A DNA stretch of 62,690 nt, counting the filler, from Choristocarpus tenellus KU-1152 (lineage: Eukaryota; Protista; Phaeophyceae), in the NCBI GenBank assembly GCA_964200185.2. It is 11 parts of 11 records of this genome, joined end to end, with 100 filler letters (N's around TTAATTAATTAA, not from the genome) between each part and the next. Parts side by side here need not be neighbours in the genome. Positions count along the whole stretch, not along the records: positions 1 to 9,590 come from CAXNAD020003551.1; positions 9,691 to 14,045 come from CAXNAD020014955.1; 9 more parts are not named here. One strand, 5' to 3'. A program made the position numbers and the translations under genes. This document shows, in pieces, positions 1 to 13,200 of this stretch. Below the pieces are notes generated by a model. That model was not told where the DNA came from. It was given only the letters and a program-made list of their open reading frames with translations, and ran no database searches. Numbering within the stretch: the first letter of the stretch is position 1; each line of letters begins with the position of its first letter.

Positions 1-116
1 CCCCCCAAAAAAAAACAGAAACACAAAAGGAGTAATATATATATTATATATTATACATATACATTATACATTATACATTATATATATGTGTATGCTTTCT
101 TCCAAGTATTACTTAC

Positions 117-395
117 CTTGGGGGGGAAGAGAGATCGTGTGATATCGCTGTGTGCCCCAGAGGCCAAATCATACAGGTCCCGGAAGAGGTCATCCTTGTT
201 GGTCATGACAAACCCTCCACAGTCATAAATGACATCACCTGCATAGTGTACCACTGTGAATCGGTTTGGGTTGTTTCCTGCTCCCTTCAGGCATGGACTG
301 GCTTGGTTATTGGTCTTGACCTTGCCCAGCCATGCTTGGTCTGATCCCTTAGGTATCTTCACCTCCTCATCCAGTAGGTTCATCAGGCCATATGG
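117..395 (-). CDS. Myosin exon
   Basis: ctgtag| [19 protein letters not shown]...[25 protein letters not shown]...LFPPK |gtaagt; 279 nt. Confidence 0.93.
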
Positions 396-1009
396 CTACA
401 GGGGCCATTGGCATTGCCACCAGAGTCACCACCAGTGGAGAGGGAGTGCAAGTGGAAGAGGGATGAGGATATTAATGGAGCAACTTTGACTGCTTCACAT
501 CAATAATATTACTACACATTAAGGGATAGGCTTAGGGTGCATGGTCCTTTCATGTACTGTATGTAATGCACAAGTACACAGCCTTCTCTTTTTGGTGTCC
601 ATTTCTGTCAAACAGAAAGCAAACTACAATAAAAATAAATAAATAAATAACCCTAACGTATAAAACAAACCTTCTTTTCAATGAGGTCCACCACAGGCTG
701 ATTGTCAATAAAGTGGATATGCTCAAAGTGAATCTGTTCGTTTGTATACACAGTCTCCTCCTCCTGGAACGTGTGTCTGTGGAACAGTAAATTGCCCCAT
801 AGCACAACCCCGTAGCGCCCCGTAGCATAGCGAAGGGATGAATTAATATGGACGCCATAGAAGGGTGCGAAAAGTGACAAAGGGAGGTGGGGTCAGCATA
901 CACAAAGTTTCTACTGCACAAGAGAATGGTTTCACCACAAGGTGTACCTTTATTACTACACAAAATTTAAAAACAAGACTATGCCATGAAAACATCGAAG
1001 GAGCTTGAC

Positions 1010-1061
<52 letters not shown>

Positions 1062-4000
1062 ATCTCCATTGTCTCATGACAAAGCCTTACATAATATTAA
1101 TAGTATCATTATCCATAGGGCCCTACAGTTGTCATACTATTACAAAGTAATCAGAAGACCCATACATAAATAACATCTAAAAACCAGAGCATTAAATAGG
1201 GGCATTTCTACCTACAGACCACAGACTAATTCAGTTATTTCCGGATTTCAGTCAACATGGAAATTGGTAGACGGTGGAGTGGTATGACGTTGAACAGTAT
1301 AAGAAACATTTACCGTGAATGGTGTAAGGAATTACATACATACCACCAATCGGGTTTTTTATTTTTGCCATACCACCCCTATGAAGAAAAAAAACTCTAC
1401 ATTGACATTAACACATTCAACAAGAAATTTCCTACACAGAGAAACATTTATTTTTAATTTGGTTTGTAGGGTTATGATTAGGGTTAGGGTTACACTTCAG
1501 AGTAGTAGTAGCACACTTGGGAACTGAAACAAAAAAAAAAGAAAACCACAATTTTTTGTCCCCTTAAATCTTTGTCTCAAAGTAACTTGACACTACACAA
1601 AACTAAAGATAAACACTAAAGACAAAAACTAAACATCAACACTTGACATAAAAAATAAAGATAAACACTAAAGATAAAACACTAAACATAAACATTAAAG
1701 ATAAAACACTAAACATAAACACTACACCAAACTAAAATCAAACAGGTGTCACAACCTAAGACAAGCCAAGTGTTACATTCTATAGTAGTAGTGCACTGTA
1801 CCTGTTGAAGTGTTGCTGTAGCTTCTCATTGGTGTAGTTGATACATAGCTGCTCAAAACGATTCTTCTCAAAGATCTCAAAACCAAAGATGTCCAGCACC
1901 CCAATGAACTTGTGAGATGGCTCCCCCTTGATATGTCATTTGTTCATTTTGAAATTTACAAAAAGAGTTAGCTACAGTGATGGAACACATACACAATACA
2001 CATGAAAGGTCACAATACATCACCATCACATAACCATCATGTCACCATCATATCACCATCATATCAAAATCAAGTCACAATCACGTCCCAATACATCACC
2101 GCCATATCACTATCACATCGCCATCAGATCACCATCACATCACCATCACGTCACAATCGTATCATATTCATGTTACAGATAGCTACACAACAATAATAAT
2201 AAAAAAAACAAAGGAGGAAAAAAAAAAAGTACCCCCACCTGTCAACAAACATCATCCCTAACCAAAACCCAAAACCTATTTGATTTTCTGATGCAATGAG
2301 TCTTAGAAATACACCAATTGGACCCAAATATTTTGTGAGTACTCTGATACTGCATCAGTCTGCAAGAAGCTGATGGCACTATTTGGGGGTATACCTCATA
2401 TTGTCATCAAATAGTATGATCCGGCATAGTATAATACCATTCCATTGATCCCTGAATATTTTATTTATTAGCTGTCGGAAATATTTTTTGTAAGTAAAGT
2501 TTCCATAATAGCTAATAAATGCAGTACCCTAGAACAACCGGCCCTTTCTATTCGCTACATACAAACGCCATCCCAATCTTGTGACTACCTCTCAAGCTGG
2601 AATAGGGTACACATAGCGTAACCATGTACCATATACCATATACCATATACCATGGAGACACACAAACTCAACTCATATTTATGAGCATTTTTGTATTGTA
2701 ATCATTTGTAACCCCTCTCTTCCCCACCCTCCCCGCTACACACCCACAGGCAACAACCACTACTACAATACGCTCAATAACATTATTTATATTATATACA
2801 CTACTACAATACACTCAATAACATTAATTTTTGTTATATACACTACTACAATACGCTCAATAACATTATTTATTATTATATACACTACTACAATACACTC
2901 AGTAATATTATTTATTATAATTATAAACACTACTACAATACGCTCAATAACATTATTTATTATTATATACACTACTACAATACACTCAATAATATTATTT
3001 ATTATAATTATAAACACTACTACAATACACTCAATAAAATTATTTATTATTATATACACTACTACAATACACTCAGTAACATTATTTATTATTATATACA
3101 CTACTACAATACGCTCAATAACATTATTTATTATTATATACACTACTACAATACACTCAATAATACTATTTATTATTATATACACTACTACAATACACTC
3201 AATAACATTATTTATTATTATATACACTACTACAATACACTCAGTAATATTATTTATTATAATTATAAACACTACTACAATACGCTCAATAAATTATTTA
3301 TTATTATATACACTACTACAATACACTCAATAATATTATACTCAATATAATTAAAACAAAAACAAAAAAAAATAGAAAATAGAAAAAAGAGCAGAGATCA
3401 CCTGTACAGCAAAGTTAATCCTCCCCACCAGCCAATCAAACATGCTGTCATATAACGCCTTCGCAAGGGCATCCGCAGCACTTCTGGCCATGTCAGGCCG
3501 GTTGAGTGCAAGGGTCACTTCCCCTCTGATATTGATGGCACGGGTTGTCAAGGCCTGAGAGAGTGCCCCAGGGTCTACACGGATGAACCGGGCGGCTGTG
3601 TGGAGTGCCTGAGCACCTGATGCATCCACCTACAGCACATTCAAAATTGATTGGTACACAAGAATTGATTTAATTTACAGAGTAATTCGGATTAGGATTA
3701 GGGTTAGGGTTAGGATCAGGCACATCAAAAAGAGGGAACTTCCTACTGCATCAGATACAGATAGTTAAAACTGTACATGCAAACTGAAGATAATAATAAT
3801 CGTAATAATAATAATAATAATAATAATAATATAGTACAGAAAATAATGATACAAACAATACAGAACATAATAAAAATGATCATTGTAAGATACCACAGAC
3901 AAGTAATCGACAACATAGTATGGAAAGCACTGGTTGTCACTGTCTACCACTTACGAGCATGTACCTTTTGTGAGCATGTACCTTTTGTGAGCATGTACCT

Positions 4001-7000
4001 TTTGTGAGCATGTACCCACTCCATCTGCACAAGTCCATTTATATGCACATAGATCATTTCTCCCAGCACAAGTTTGGTTATACATACACACATCTTATTA
4101 TTTAGAAATCCGTGCATCATTGGTTGTGCACACATATATAATTCCTTACACGTACATATCATTTCCTACACAAACATGTATCATATCCTGCACAAACATA
4201 TATTATTTCCTGCACAAACACATATCATATCCTGCACAAACATGTATCATATCCTGCACAAACATGTATCATATCCTACACACACAAGATATCATTTCCT
4301 ACACAAACATATATCATATCCTGCACAAACATATATCATTTCCTACACACACATATATCATTTCCTACACAAACATGTACATATGTAACAGAAAAAACCA
4401 ACACCTGTTCTGCCACAAAGAGTTGTACCTTTGATTAAGCACCAAAACAACTCCCTATGGAAGTGTATTCCTAACAATCCAAAGCACCACCAAAAGACTG
4501 CAGTTAATACATACATAAGCATACCAATTAACTCTTGAACTGATCAAATAAGAAATTAAGATACTGATTGATTAACATATCAAGATACTAATCAACTAAC
4601 AAATTAAGATACTAATCAGTTGACATATTAAGATACTAAATCAACTAACAAATAAAGATACTGATCAACTAACAAATAAAGATACTAATCAACTAACAAA
4701 TCAAGATACTGATCAATTGACAAATCAGGTCAATCCATTCCGCTGCAACCCCCAATAAAAAAATCATAAAATGTTACCTCTATTACAGTACAGTATAAGG
4801 ACATCATTTAAAAAACCCAGGGAGGAGATCCACAAACGTTTTCCAAGTAGAGTACCCCTTGAGGGCCTCTCTACATGTACTCACATTCTGAATAGTAACA
4901 AACCGATCACATCTACCTCTGGCTCTATGAACCCCTCCCATCCCCCTTCTCCCTCCCCACTACCCCATCAAGTCACAGGTCCAGACCGCACCTGTGATCC
5001 CTCCCCATTTGCCTGAAAGGTGATGTTTCCGAGATGTAACACTGCTGCGCATGTCTCGTAACACCAACACTTCTCCTCCATGCCAACGCCCAACTTGCTG
5101 AAGGCCTGGAACAAAAGTTTTGAATGGTGTCATTGGTCGAAATCCTCACTGTCAATAGTGTTCTTATGACTATTCTATCATTATTGTTCTATTATCATGC
5201 TATTATTATTCTATTCCTATATACTACAAAACTATATCGTACACATCTACCTCATGTTTCTGTTCCACTTCCAGTCCTACAGTTCACAGTTCTGGGCTAA
5301 ACTACATCATTCACTTTTCTATCTTCCCCTCTCAGTCTCCCAACACATACAAGATCCCTCCTCCACCCTTGTCCACACACCGATTCTCCCCCCCCCCAAA
5401 AAAGGTCTCCTCTCACCCCCTTTCTTCCAACTTTTTTATACATTATTAAGATCAACAATAATAGTTCTCTATCACAATAACACATCACATTACCTTGTAT
5501 GTTCCATACAGAATAAAATTCTCAACATGAACTCACGTAGCTCTTTCCAATAACTTTCCTCCACATATACCACATATGTATGTATTTTATGTTATGTATA
5601 TTATGTCTATATATAAGGTCTAATATAAAAATGCAGTAGTGATGAAGTGTGGGAGGGGGGAGAGATTGTAATCTCTCTGTTGTCATACACCATTTCCACA
5701 AGTCCAACACTAGACTTGGACTGAAAGGTTAATTTCACCCACATACACACAAGTCTATATATACCAAGAAAGGCATATCAACACTTCTAGTCTAGAAAGA
5801 ACACTAAATAGGGAAATAGGGTTATCTTTAGGTATATTTTCTATAAAGTGAAAGGGTTAGGGTTAGTGTGTGGTCCAGGATGAACTGTATTTTTACTACA
5901 AATCCTACATATAATTACCACTAATACTACACATATTTACTACTAATATTACATAAAATTACTGCTAATACTATATATATTTACTAATAATACTACATAT
6001 ATTTACTAATAATACTACATATAATTACTTCTAAGACGACACATATTTACTACTAATATTACATAAAATTACTGCTAAGACTACATATATTTACTAACAA
6101 TACTACATATAATTACTTCTAAAACTACACATATTTACTACTAATACTACATATATTGCTAGAAACACAAAAAGGTGCTTGCAAATACTTCCATTTTTCT
6201 TTAGATACTTCAAATATAAAAGTACCCATGGACACACACATGGCATCCCCATGCATTTAGTTTGAAGTTACACCAAGCTCAACGCAGTTGCACGTAGTCC
6301 ATTCAAAGTAACACATTCAAAGTAACACACTCCAGCATGTGCTACACATTGAAACACATTGAAATACAGAGCACACTTCTTTCAAAAGCAACATTTAGAA
6401 AATGAATAGTATGTGTGAATATTCTAACCCTAAGTTCTAACAAAAGCAGTACATGCCTCAAACGTAAACCCTAACCCTAAAAATTATTGAATAACAGCGT
6501 AACTACAATAATGTCAAAATTATACCTCAATCATATAGAATAGAAAACATCATTACTGTCTCAACATGCATGCATTTCGCTAACCCTAACCCTAACCCTA
6601 ACCCTAACCCTAACCCTAACCCTAACCCCAACCCTAACCCCAACCCTAACCCCAACCCTAACCCTAACCCTAACCCTAACTAAAAAGCGGTATTTAAAAT
6701 CACAAGAGAACAAACCATAATTTCTAATGCAACCTAGTCAGGAGGACAGCTCAGTCAATTGCCCAACAATATCTCATAATATTAGCAGCAGAATCAGCCT
6801 TATTATTATTCCCAAATATAATTGTACCATTATTTCTAGATACTATTATTACTAATGTTGTCAGTAGTCAAATTATATATAATTATTACTGTTCTTTTCT
6901 TACTTCTGGATAATATTATTACTAATATTGTAGGTATTTATACAGATATATACATCATTATCGTTCTGTTCTTATTGTTCTTCAATACCCAACACATTGC

Positions 7001-8725
7001 CTCTCATGTTATTCTCAGAATCATTTCAACACAATGTAAACCTCCCAAACAAGGCCTAACCAAGCCAACCAGGCCTTGTTTCATCTATGAGACCCTGGAT
7101 CGTCCCCATTCTAACACATCACACCCAGGCTGGCCTACAGACTGCCCATTTCAAAATATGTCAAGTCCCTGGACAGACCCTGTCTAAGAAGATTTCGTCG
7201 GGACAGTGTGCAATCAATCCAGTCTCATCAAAACAGTTACCCCTGTCTACTATGTAAGGCCCCTGCCCCAAAACACATGCAAAGATCAGGTAACAACGTG
7301 TTGAAATACTTTACTTGTTGAAATATTTTACATGTTGAAATACTTGTTGAAATACTTGTTGAAATAGTCAAGGGAACCAATAAAGAATAAATGTTCTTAA
7401 AAAATATATTAAAAGAGAAAAAACAAAATAAATTTGAGGCATGCACAGACATACATGCAGGCATGCACATTAAAACAAAAAAACACACACACAAAACGCC
7501 TCCTCACATCTTCTACATCAGAAAAGTCCTTCCTGTCATCTATCCCTGGCACAGAGGTGCACCCACTCTCTCGCAGATACCGGAAATGCTCTGGAGAGCC
7601 CAGCTCCAATAACTGGGAAATTTCACTTGTGCACAACTATGAATGAGAGAAGGAAGAGAGGGGATGAGTTGTGTAGGGCAGGGGACAGGATAATGGATGA
7701 GGAAAATATATACATATATATACATGTATTGAATCTGAATCAGGATATAGAACAATGACATTGGTGAGAGTACTGAGGGTACTGAGGGTACAGAGGGTAC
7801 AATATCAAGATGAGGTCACAAATCACACCTCATGCCGTAGTCACACTGACCTAGCCCTAACCCTAACCTCTCACTCTTCACATACAAAATAATGTAAGCA
7901 ATAATTAATACTGAATAACCACACCATTGGAAGATGTACACAATCACAGTACTAATAGTTGGAATGATTTACCCGAACCATTAACCTAACCCCAGTGTAT
8001 CAGTATGTCAGTATATCAGTATATCAGTATATCAGTACAAGTATGTCAGTATATCGGTATGAGTATGTCAGTATATCAGTATGAATATGTCAGCATATCA
8101 GTATGAGTATGTCAGTATATCAGTATGAGTATGTCAGTATATCAGTATGGGTATATCGGTATATCAGTATGAGTATGTCAGCATATCAGTATGAGTATAT
8201 CAGTATATCAGTATATCGGTATGAGTATGTCAGTATATCAGTATGGGTATGTCGGTATATGAGTATGAGTATGTCAGCATATTGGCAATGCAGTGCAAAC
8301 ACGATAATCACTAACTACATCGCACAATAACACACTCATCCACCAACACACACCATGCACAGCTAACCCTAACCTTAATCATACCACCATAAACAGTTAC
8401 ACCAAAAACCCAAAGGGCATTACCTGTTTTTACCTGCCCTCTCCCCCCCCAAAAAAAACTCTCCACCCCCCACCTTCCCCTGCCCCCTCCCCTCAATCAC
8501 CTGGTAAAAGATGTGGAAGTTCCTCTCTCCCCTGGCCTGCCCTCCCACCCTCTGCTTCTCCAGGAGGTAATTCTCAATCCGAGCTCCACATATCTGATTG
8601 CGTGTGTCAAAGTGTACCTCTGTCCAGCGACCAAATCGAGAGCTGTTGTTGTTTCTCAATGTCTTCGCATTGCCAAACGCCTCCATCACAGGGTTGGCAT
8701 GAAGTATACGCTGCTCCACCGCATT
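117..8725 (-). CDS. Myosin heavy chain, motor-domain fragment (7 exons; 5'- and 3'-partial)
   Basis: The exons 8501-8725, 7508-7636, 4992-5105, 3402-3629, 1802-1926, 671-776 and 117-395 all have AG/GT boundaries and compatible phases. The joined translation carries the myosin motifs [22 protein letters not shown] (switch I), [57 protein letters not shown] (switch II), [27 protein letters not shown] and [12 protein letters not shown]. The P-loop exon is not on the contig. Confidence 0.96.
671..776 (-). CDS. Myosin exon
   Basis: cacag| (R)[35 protein letters not shown] |gtttgt; phase 2 start matches the previous exon. Confidence 0.92.
1012..1060. repeat. (AAT)n microsatellite in myosin intron
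   Basis: About 16 perfect AAT units. Confidence 0.95.
1802..1926 (-). CDS. Myosin exon (switch II / relay helix; not in ORF track)
   Basis: aag| [41 protein letters not shown](R) |gtacag; ends in phase 2. Confidence 0.93.
2758..3340. repeat. Intronic minisatellite, 14 units of 41-45 bp
   Basis: The unit CACTACTACAATAC(A/G)CTCAATAACATTATTTATTATTATATA starts at 2758, 2799, 2841, 2883, 2928, 2970, 3015, 3057, 3099, 3141, 3183, 3225, 3270 and 3311. Confidence 0.95.
3402..3629 (-). CDS. Myosin exon
   Basis: ctgtag| [16 protein letters not shown]...[24 protein letters not shown] |gtgatc; 228 nt. Confidence 0.93.
3955..4725. repeat. Cluster of three short intronic minisatellites (17-bp, about 23-bp and about 24-bp units)
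   Basis: GAGCATGTACCTTTTGT repeated about 4 times (3955-4015); TATCATATCCTGCACAAACA-type units (about 4155-4380); AAGATACTGATCAACTAACAAAT-type units (about 4557-4725). Confidence 0.85.
4992..5105 (-). CDS. Myosin exon (not in ORF track)
   Basis: ttccag| [38 protein letters not shown] |gtgcgg; 114 nt. Confidence 0.9.
5900..6155. repeat. Intronic minisatellite with a unit of about 22 bp
   Basis: Repeated CTAATACTACACATATTTACTA variants. Confidence 0.85.
6581..6680. repeat. Interstitial telomere-type (CCCTAA)n tract
   Basis: About 16 CCCTAA/CCCCAA units inside a myosin intron; a second shorter tract lies at about 9456-9493. Confidence 0.9.
7508..7636 (-). CDS. Myosin exon
   Basis: catag| [43 protein letters not shown] |gtgagg; 129 nt. 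Confidence 0.9.
7993..8282. repeat. Degenerate CAGTAT/GAGTAT microsatellite array in myosin intron
   Basis: Mixed 6/8-bp units (CAGTATGAGTATGT, CAGTATAT). Confidence 0.85.
8501..8725 (-). CDS. Myosin exon (switch I)
   Basis: ttcag| [34 protein letters not shown]...ERNFHIFYQ |gtgatt; 225 nt. Confidence 0.95.
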
Positions 8726-9590
8726 CTGAAAAACACAAACATACAAACAAACAAAAAAATATATATATATATATATATACGAATCAAGATAGAATCATCA
8801 AAAAAAGAAATCGGAACAATATCCGCATTCAAAGTTCAAAGAATGGTGAGGGAAGGGGGGTTTTGTTGGTCAAGAGAGGGGTCTAGCCCAAAATGGCAAT
8901 AATCCCTTCCACATGGACTGTTTATGGGAGTGAAACATCACCAGTAGTTGAGTGTGCACAATTGATTTATTATTTTTATTGTTAGGGTTGGTACTATTAT
9001 TGCTATTATTATTATTACTACTACAACTCAATTATTATTATTGTTACTTGAACCAAGGGATATGAGGCAATGATGACTATTCCTTGTTTCCATGTACTCA
9101 TAAATTCCAGGAAGGACACATAGTTGCATTAAATAGTTGGGGTATCAGTAAAGTTGTGTTACCTGGCCTTCCACTTTTTTTGAGACATCAACGATGTCAT
9201 TTTTTATCACTGTAACTGTAACTGTCAGCAATGGAAACAAACCAAAGTCACCCCTAACACATCATCTCATCTCACAGGAACCATCACCATAAACACCCCA
9301 ATTAACACAATCACACAGCAGAAATACCCACACAAACATCCACAGACTAGAGACTTGAGAGCATAAAGCCATCCCAACCAATGTGTGCATTACACCACCC
9401 CCCTTCCTCATCATCACAGTCCACTTCCACTGTACTTGTTCTTGTTACACTTTTACCTAACCCTAACCCTAACCCTAACCCTAACCCTAACCCTTCCTGA
9501 CCAAAATCATGGCCCCCTTCACACAGCCCTAATCCCCCCCCCCCCCACAATAATCTCCTGTAGTAATATTAGTACAAACACCATTCCAAG

Positions 9591-9690
9591 NNNNNNNNNN
9601 NNNNNNNNNNNNNNNNNNNNNNNNNNNNNNNNNNTTAATTAATTAANNNNNNNNNNNNNNNNNNNNNNNNNNNNNNNNNNNNNNNNNNNN
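9591..9690. other. Artificial contig-joining spacer (44 N + TTAATTAATTAA + 44 N); first of 10
   Basis: Identical 100-nt six-frame-stop linkers also occur at 14046, 17414, 21797, 24924, 32760, 41720, 48743, 56876 and 59495. Confidence 0.99.
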
Positions 9691-9764
9691 TGGAGGAAGC
9701 GGATTGGTCTGTTGGAGGAACTCCTGCCGTTCACCGATTTCATACCCACTGCCTCTTCGTCTTG
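9691..9764 (+). CDS. Partial exon of a small conserved membrane-type protein (EELLPFTDFIPT motif)
   Basis: WRKRIGLLEELLPFTDFIPTASSS(W) is followed by a strong gtgagt donor. It resembles the E-E-x-L-P-x-T-D-F-I-P-T motif I recall from small hypothetical proteins of algae and Bacteroidetes. Truncated by the contig start. Confidence 0.45.
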
Positions 9765-9975
9765 GTGAGTAATTAAAAAAAAAAAAATGATATGCAGAGA
9801 GTATTCGTGAAGTGTTGGTTGTAGTCTCCCCTACTGTGTAGGCCTTGTATTGTACCGCTAGTTTTTAGAGATAGGGTTAGGGTTATATATGGTAGTTTAG
9901 TAGATTGCGAGCTTTAGTAGGACCTCATCGGAGGGATGGATATCACGTTTCAATGTACTCGGGAGTAGTTGCATA

Positions 9976-10276
9976 GACCCGAAATGTTTAAGATGGATCG
10001 AGTTTTGCCCTGTTTGTCCGTTTGGGGCTTGGCTTCCCACAGGTTTTTAATGCCCTGTTTCGGTTTTCTGTGTGAACACAGTTACCCTAACCCTAAAATG
10101 TATACGACTAGAATATGAAAAAGGTGTGTTCGGAGAAAGGATGTTGACACTTGCTATAACAAACAAGACAGTCAAAATTGCATTAAAATTGCGTCAAAAT
10201 TGCATCAAAATTGCAACATTGGATTAATGATCCTGAGTGGACGCGGCCCCACCCACCCTCTTAAATGCTTTGACTC
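9976..10276 (+). mobile_element. MITE family A, old degenerate copy
   Basis: Shares GAGTTTTGCCCTGTTTGTCCGTTTGGGGCTTGGCTTCC, AAGGATGTTGACACTT and CAAAATTGCAACATTGGAT with the intact copies; ends in TTTGACTC. Confidence 0.75.
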
Positions 10277-13200
10277 ACATCCAGTATATTTTTTGTCTGG
10301 TGTAGTGCAGATTGCAATTAAAAAATTAGCACAAATAGGGATGCATATGTGGCGGGTTTCCTCTTGTAGAGAGTTATGCACATATGTGTATGTATGTATG
10401 TATGTAGTAGTAGCACCATATTTGTGTGTGGGTGCGTGTGAGTGTGTCTTTTTGAGACAGCAGTGGTAGTGGCGGAAGGGTATTGGTTCGTTAGTGTGCA
10501 AGTTATGAGACAAGTGATGAAGTGCAGATGACATGAGTATGGAGGTAGGGCGTTATGATTGTCACAAACGAACACTGGAAGGCGTGTTGTTTGGGAGTGT
10601 GTGAGGCTCGTTACATTTACATTATATTCATTGGAGTTTTGCGTGTACTTTGGACTACTTGTAAGTGTTAGTGCTTTCAACTACATAGTGGTGTATTTCA
10701 AGTCTGTTACATAGGTGGGGGGTGTACAGGCAAAGATCAGGATATTATGAACTCGTTGTGATTTGTGTGTGTACCTTTTCCATCTATCCATACAGATAGT
10801 GAGGAGTCTCATTGCATCCTGTTCACAAATGTCTGTCCTTGTGTTCCTCCCTGCTGACATGGCTTCTTTTTTTTGTATGTCCCCTCTGGTTGTGGTTATC
10901 TGTCCTTGGGACGGAATTGGCTGCTCCTTTTCACTGGGATCTTGATCCTGCCCCAGGGTGATAGAGAATAGTCCACTGATTCTAGCAAAGGTAGAAGAGT
11001 TTTTTGTTGCACGAGGTTAAAAGAGGCAGTTTTTTTTACATAATAGTAGGTTGGTGTACCATGGACAACTGTGGATGACAACCCTTTCCACCTGCTAGGT
11101 GGGCAAGAGCATCCCATTCTACTGCTCTGTAGATAGACTTCGGGACAGTGTTTATATAGGGAATGATAGTCTTCAGGATTGTGGTCCAGGAGGAGGCTGT
11201 GCATGAATGGCCTGTGGTGTGTTGATGAGAGGTTGTGGTTTGATTTGAGTGTTCTTGGTGTGTATTTTTATGTAGTATTGATGTATGTGATATATGTGGT
11301 TGGGTCTTGATGAGGTGGGTAAGAGGGAGGGGGTGGGATTGCCATCGAATTAACGATAATATTGTGGGTAAAGGAAGGAAGCAGCATGAGTTAATTCTGG
11401 AAACAGCACACGGAGAGGTAAAAGAAGACAGTGGGACGAAGCAAAGGTAAGGTATGAGATAATGTCGCTCACATTCTTCTACTAGCCAAGATGGCGATTT
11501 TGATTGTGTGTGGAATGGTGATACCACCTTCCTTGCTTGGTATGCGTTTGGATGAATAGTGAGAGCTGGTGGGATTTTGGCATGCTAGGGGCCTGGTTCT
11601 CCTGATGTTCTGTGTTTTGTCGGCTTGGAGGCGTATGTGGCACTGTTTTTATTTATTTATTTATTTATTGGAAGAGGTGCTTGTTGTGCGGTCTGTACTG
11701 CCAAGAAAGCAGGCTAGTTTTTTTTTTCTTTAGAAGAGGTAGCTAATGAACCAAATCCCTGAGATGCTTTCTTCGCCAAGGTTGTGAGGACAGTAATCTT
11801 TTTTATGCTGGAAATACGCCTCCTTGGAGAGGTGGTGTTATTATTAACTGGGCATATGTTTGACTATGTGAGAGACTGCATACATACATGTTGTAGATTG
11901 AGGTCTTCAGTCTGGGCCATTTTGGGATTTTGGTATAATTTGTAGCAATGGTAGAAAGTGGACATTAGAAGGAGTTGGATTGGATGGTGCAATTGGTCAA
12001 GACTTCCTAGTTGTTGAGAGGTATGTTCATCACACGACAGTCTGTCTTCTTTCTTGTCTGTTTACTGCATCTGTCCCTCAAGTAATAGTGAGGTGCACTG
12101 AGTCGTGGGTGACAGGTATGACTTTTGTGAGGGATTGGCAATCAAACAATGTTGTGGTTGCAGGAAATCAGCTTCTTCTGTGATGATTTGCGTAAGCAAG
12201 GAGACGTGTTGCTGTCTCTATAGTACTCAAGGTTTATTGCTGTGTAGAGATCAGTCGAGTAAGTCACTCTCTAAATGACTGCAATATACCTTGGGCGGGT
12301 TTTGTCAGAATCGAAAGAGGTCACTGTTTTATGGGAGGAGGCAGTGTGTGACAGTGTGCTAATGGATGAGAGTCAGTATGACAACAGTAAAGAAGAAATA
12401 TAATGGTTGTTTTTACTGTGCGCTGGAGGAAGGGAAGAGTTCATAGTTCGGAAACGAAGATCACAATTGATTATTTTTTGTTGTACAAGGGTGGCGAGAG
12501 ATAAAAGGGTTGATTTGTTAAAAGAGACAAATGAGGTGGACATAGGGTGGTGTTGCTGGTAGTTGCTGGTAGTTGCTGTATAGTGCTTAAGGATAAGTAC
12601 TCAATACGTAGGTATCCAAATACAACACACACGGCATTTTGAAATTGAAAGATCAACAGATGGACAATGTTTTTGTATTTCCTGAGGATGCTTGTGCTTG
12701 GAAGTATGTGTATCTTATATATATATATACCACGTACAATTTTGTATGAGTGGGTGTGACAAGCAATGCATTGTCCACATCATGTATACATATTGTAAGA
12801 ATATTCAAAACCAGAGGTTCATGAAAAGAAGTCTGTCATTGAAGGGGTTTGAACGCCCAGAATTCATCAAGGAACGGCCTCCATTAATCATTGAGCCACG
12901 AGGACCCAATTCACATCTCGTAGACATCGATGCGACAGACTGCACGCATGGAATGTGGTCATTGTGGCCAGTCAACAAGGTGGTATGGTGTGGGACAAAC
13001 GCATCTCAAGGCTGCCCAGGAGGCAGCCTCGAGGAACCTTGTTACGCAAGAGAATTATGAGGGGCTTCCATGGCCCTTTCAGCCAAGACTCTAGATGACC
13101 TGTTCATATTGCTCTCTAAACTTTCAGAAAGAAGTAGAGGTCATAATTTGTTATCAGGAGAGGAGTCCAAATTGACGTGAGTGATAAGTTGAAAATTAGT

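Noticed and set aside
2787-3272. 161-aa [14 protein letters not shown] repeat ORF, or a CRISPR-like array
   Set aside because: It is a head-to-tail minisatellite with 42/45-bp units and no unique spacers, lying within a myosin intron. The open frame results from unit lengths divisible by 3.
4074-4434. His/Tyr-rich 104-aa ORFs
   Set aside because: They are translations of an intronic minisatellite on the strand opposite the myosin gene.
9163-9230. Possible extra myosin exon (..NDIVDVSKKVEGQ|gtaac)
   Set aside because: It has a donor-like site but no P-loop or other myosin similarity, so it cannot be supported.
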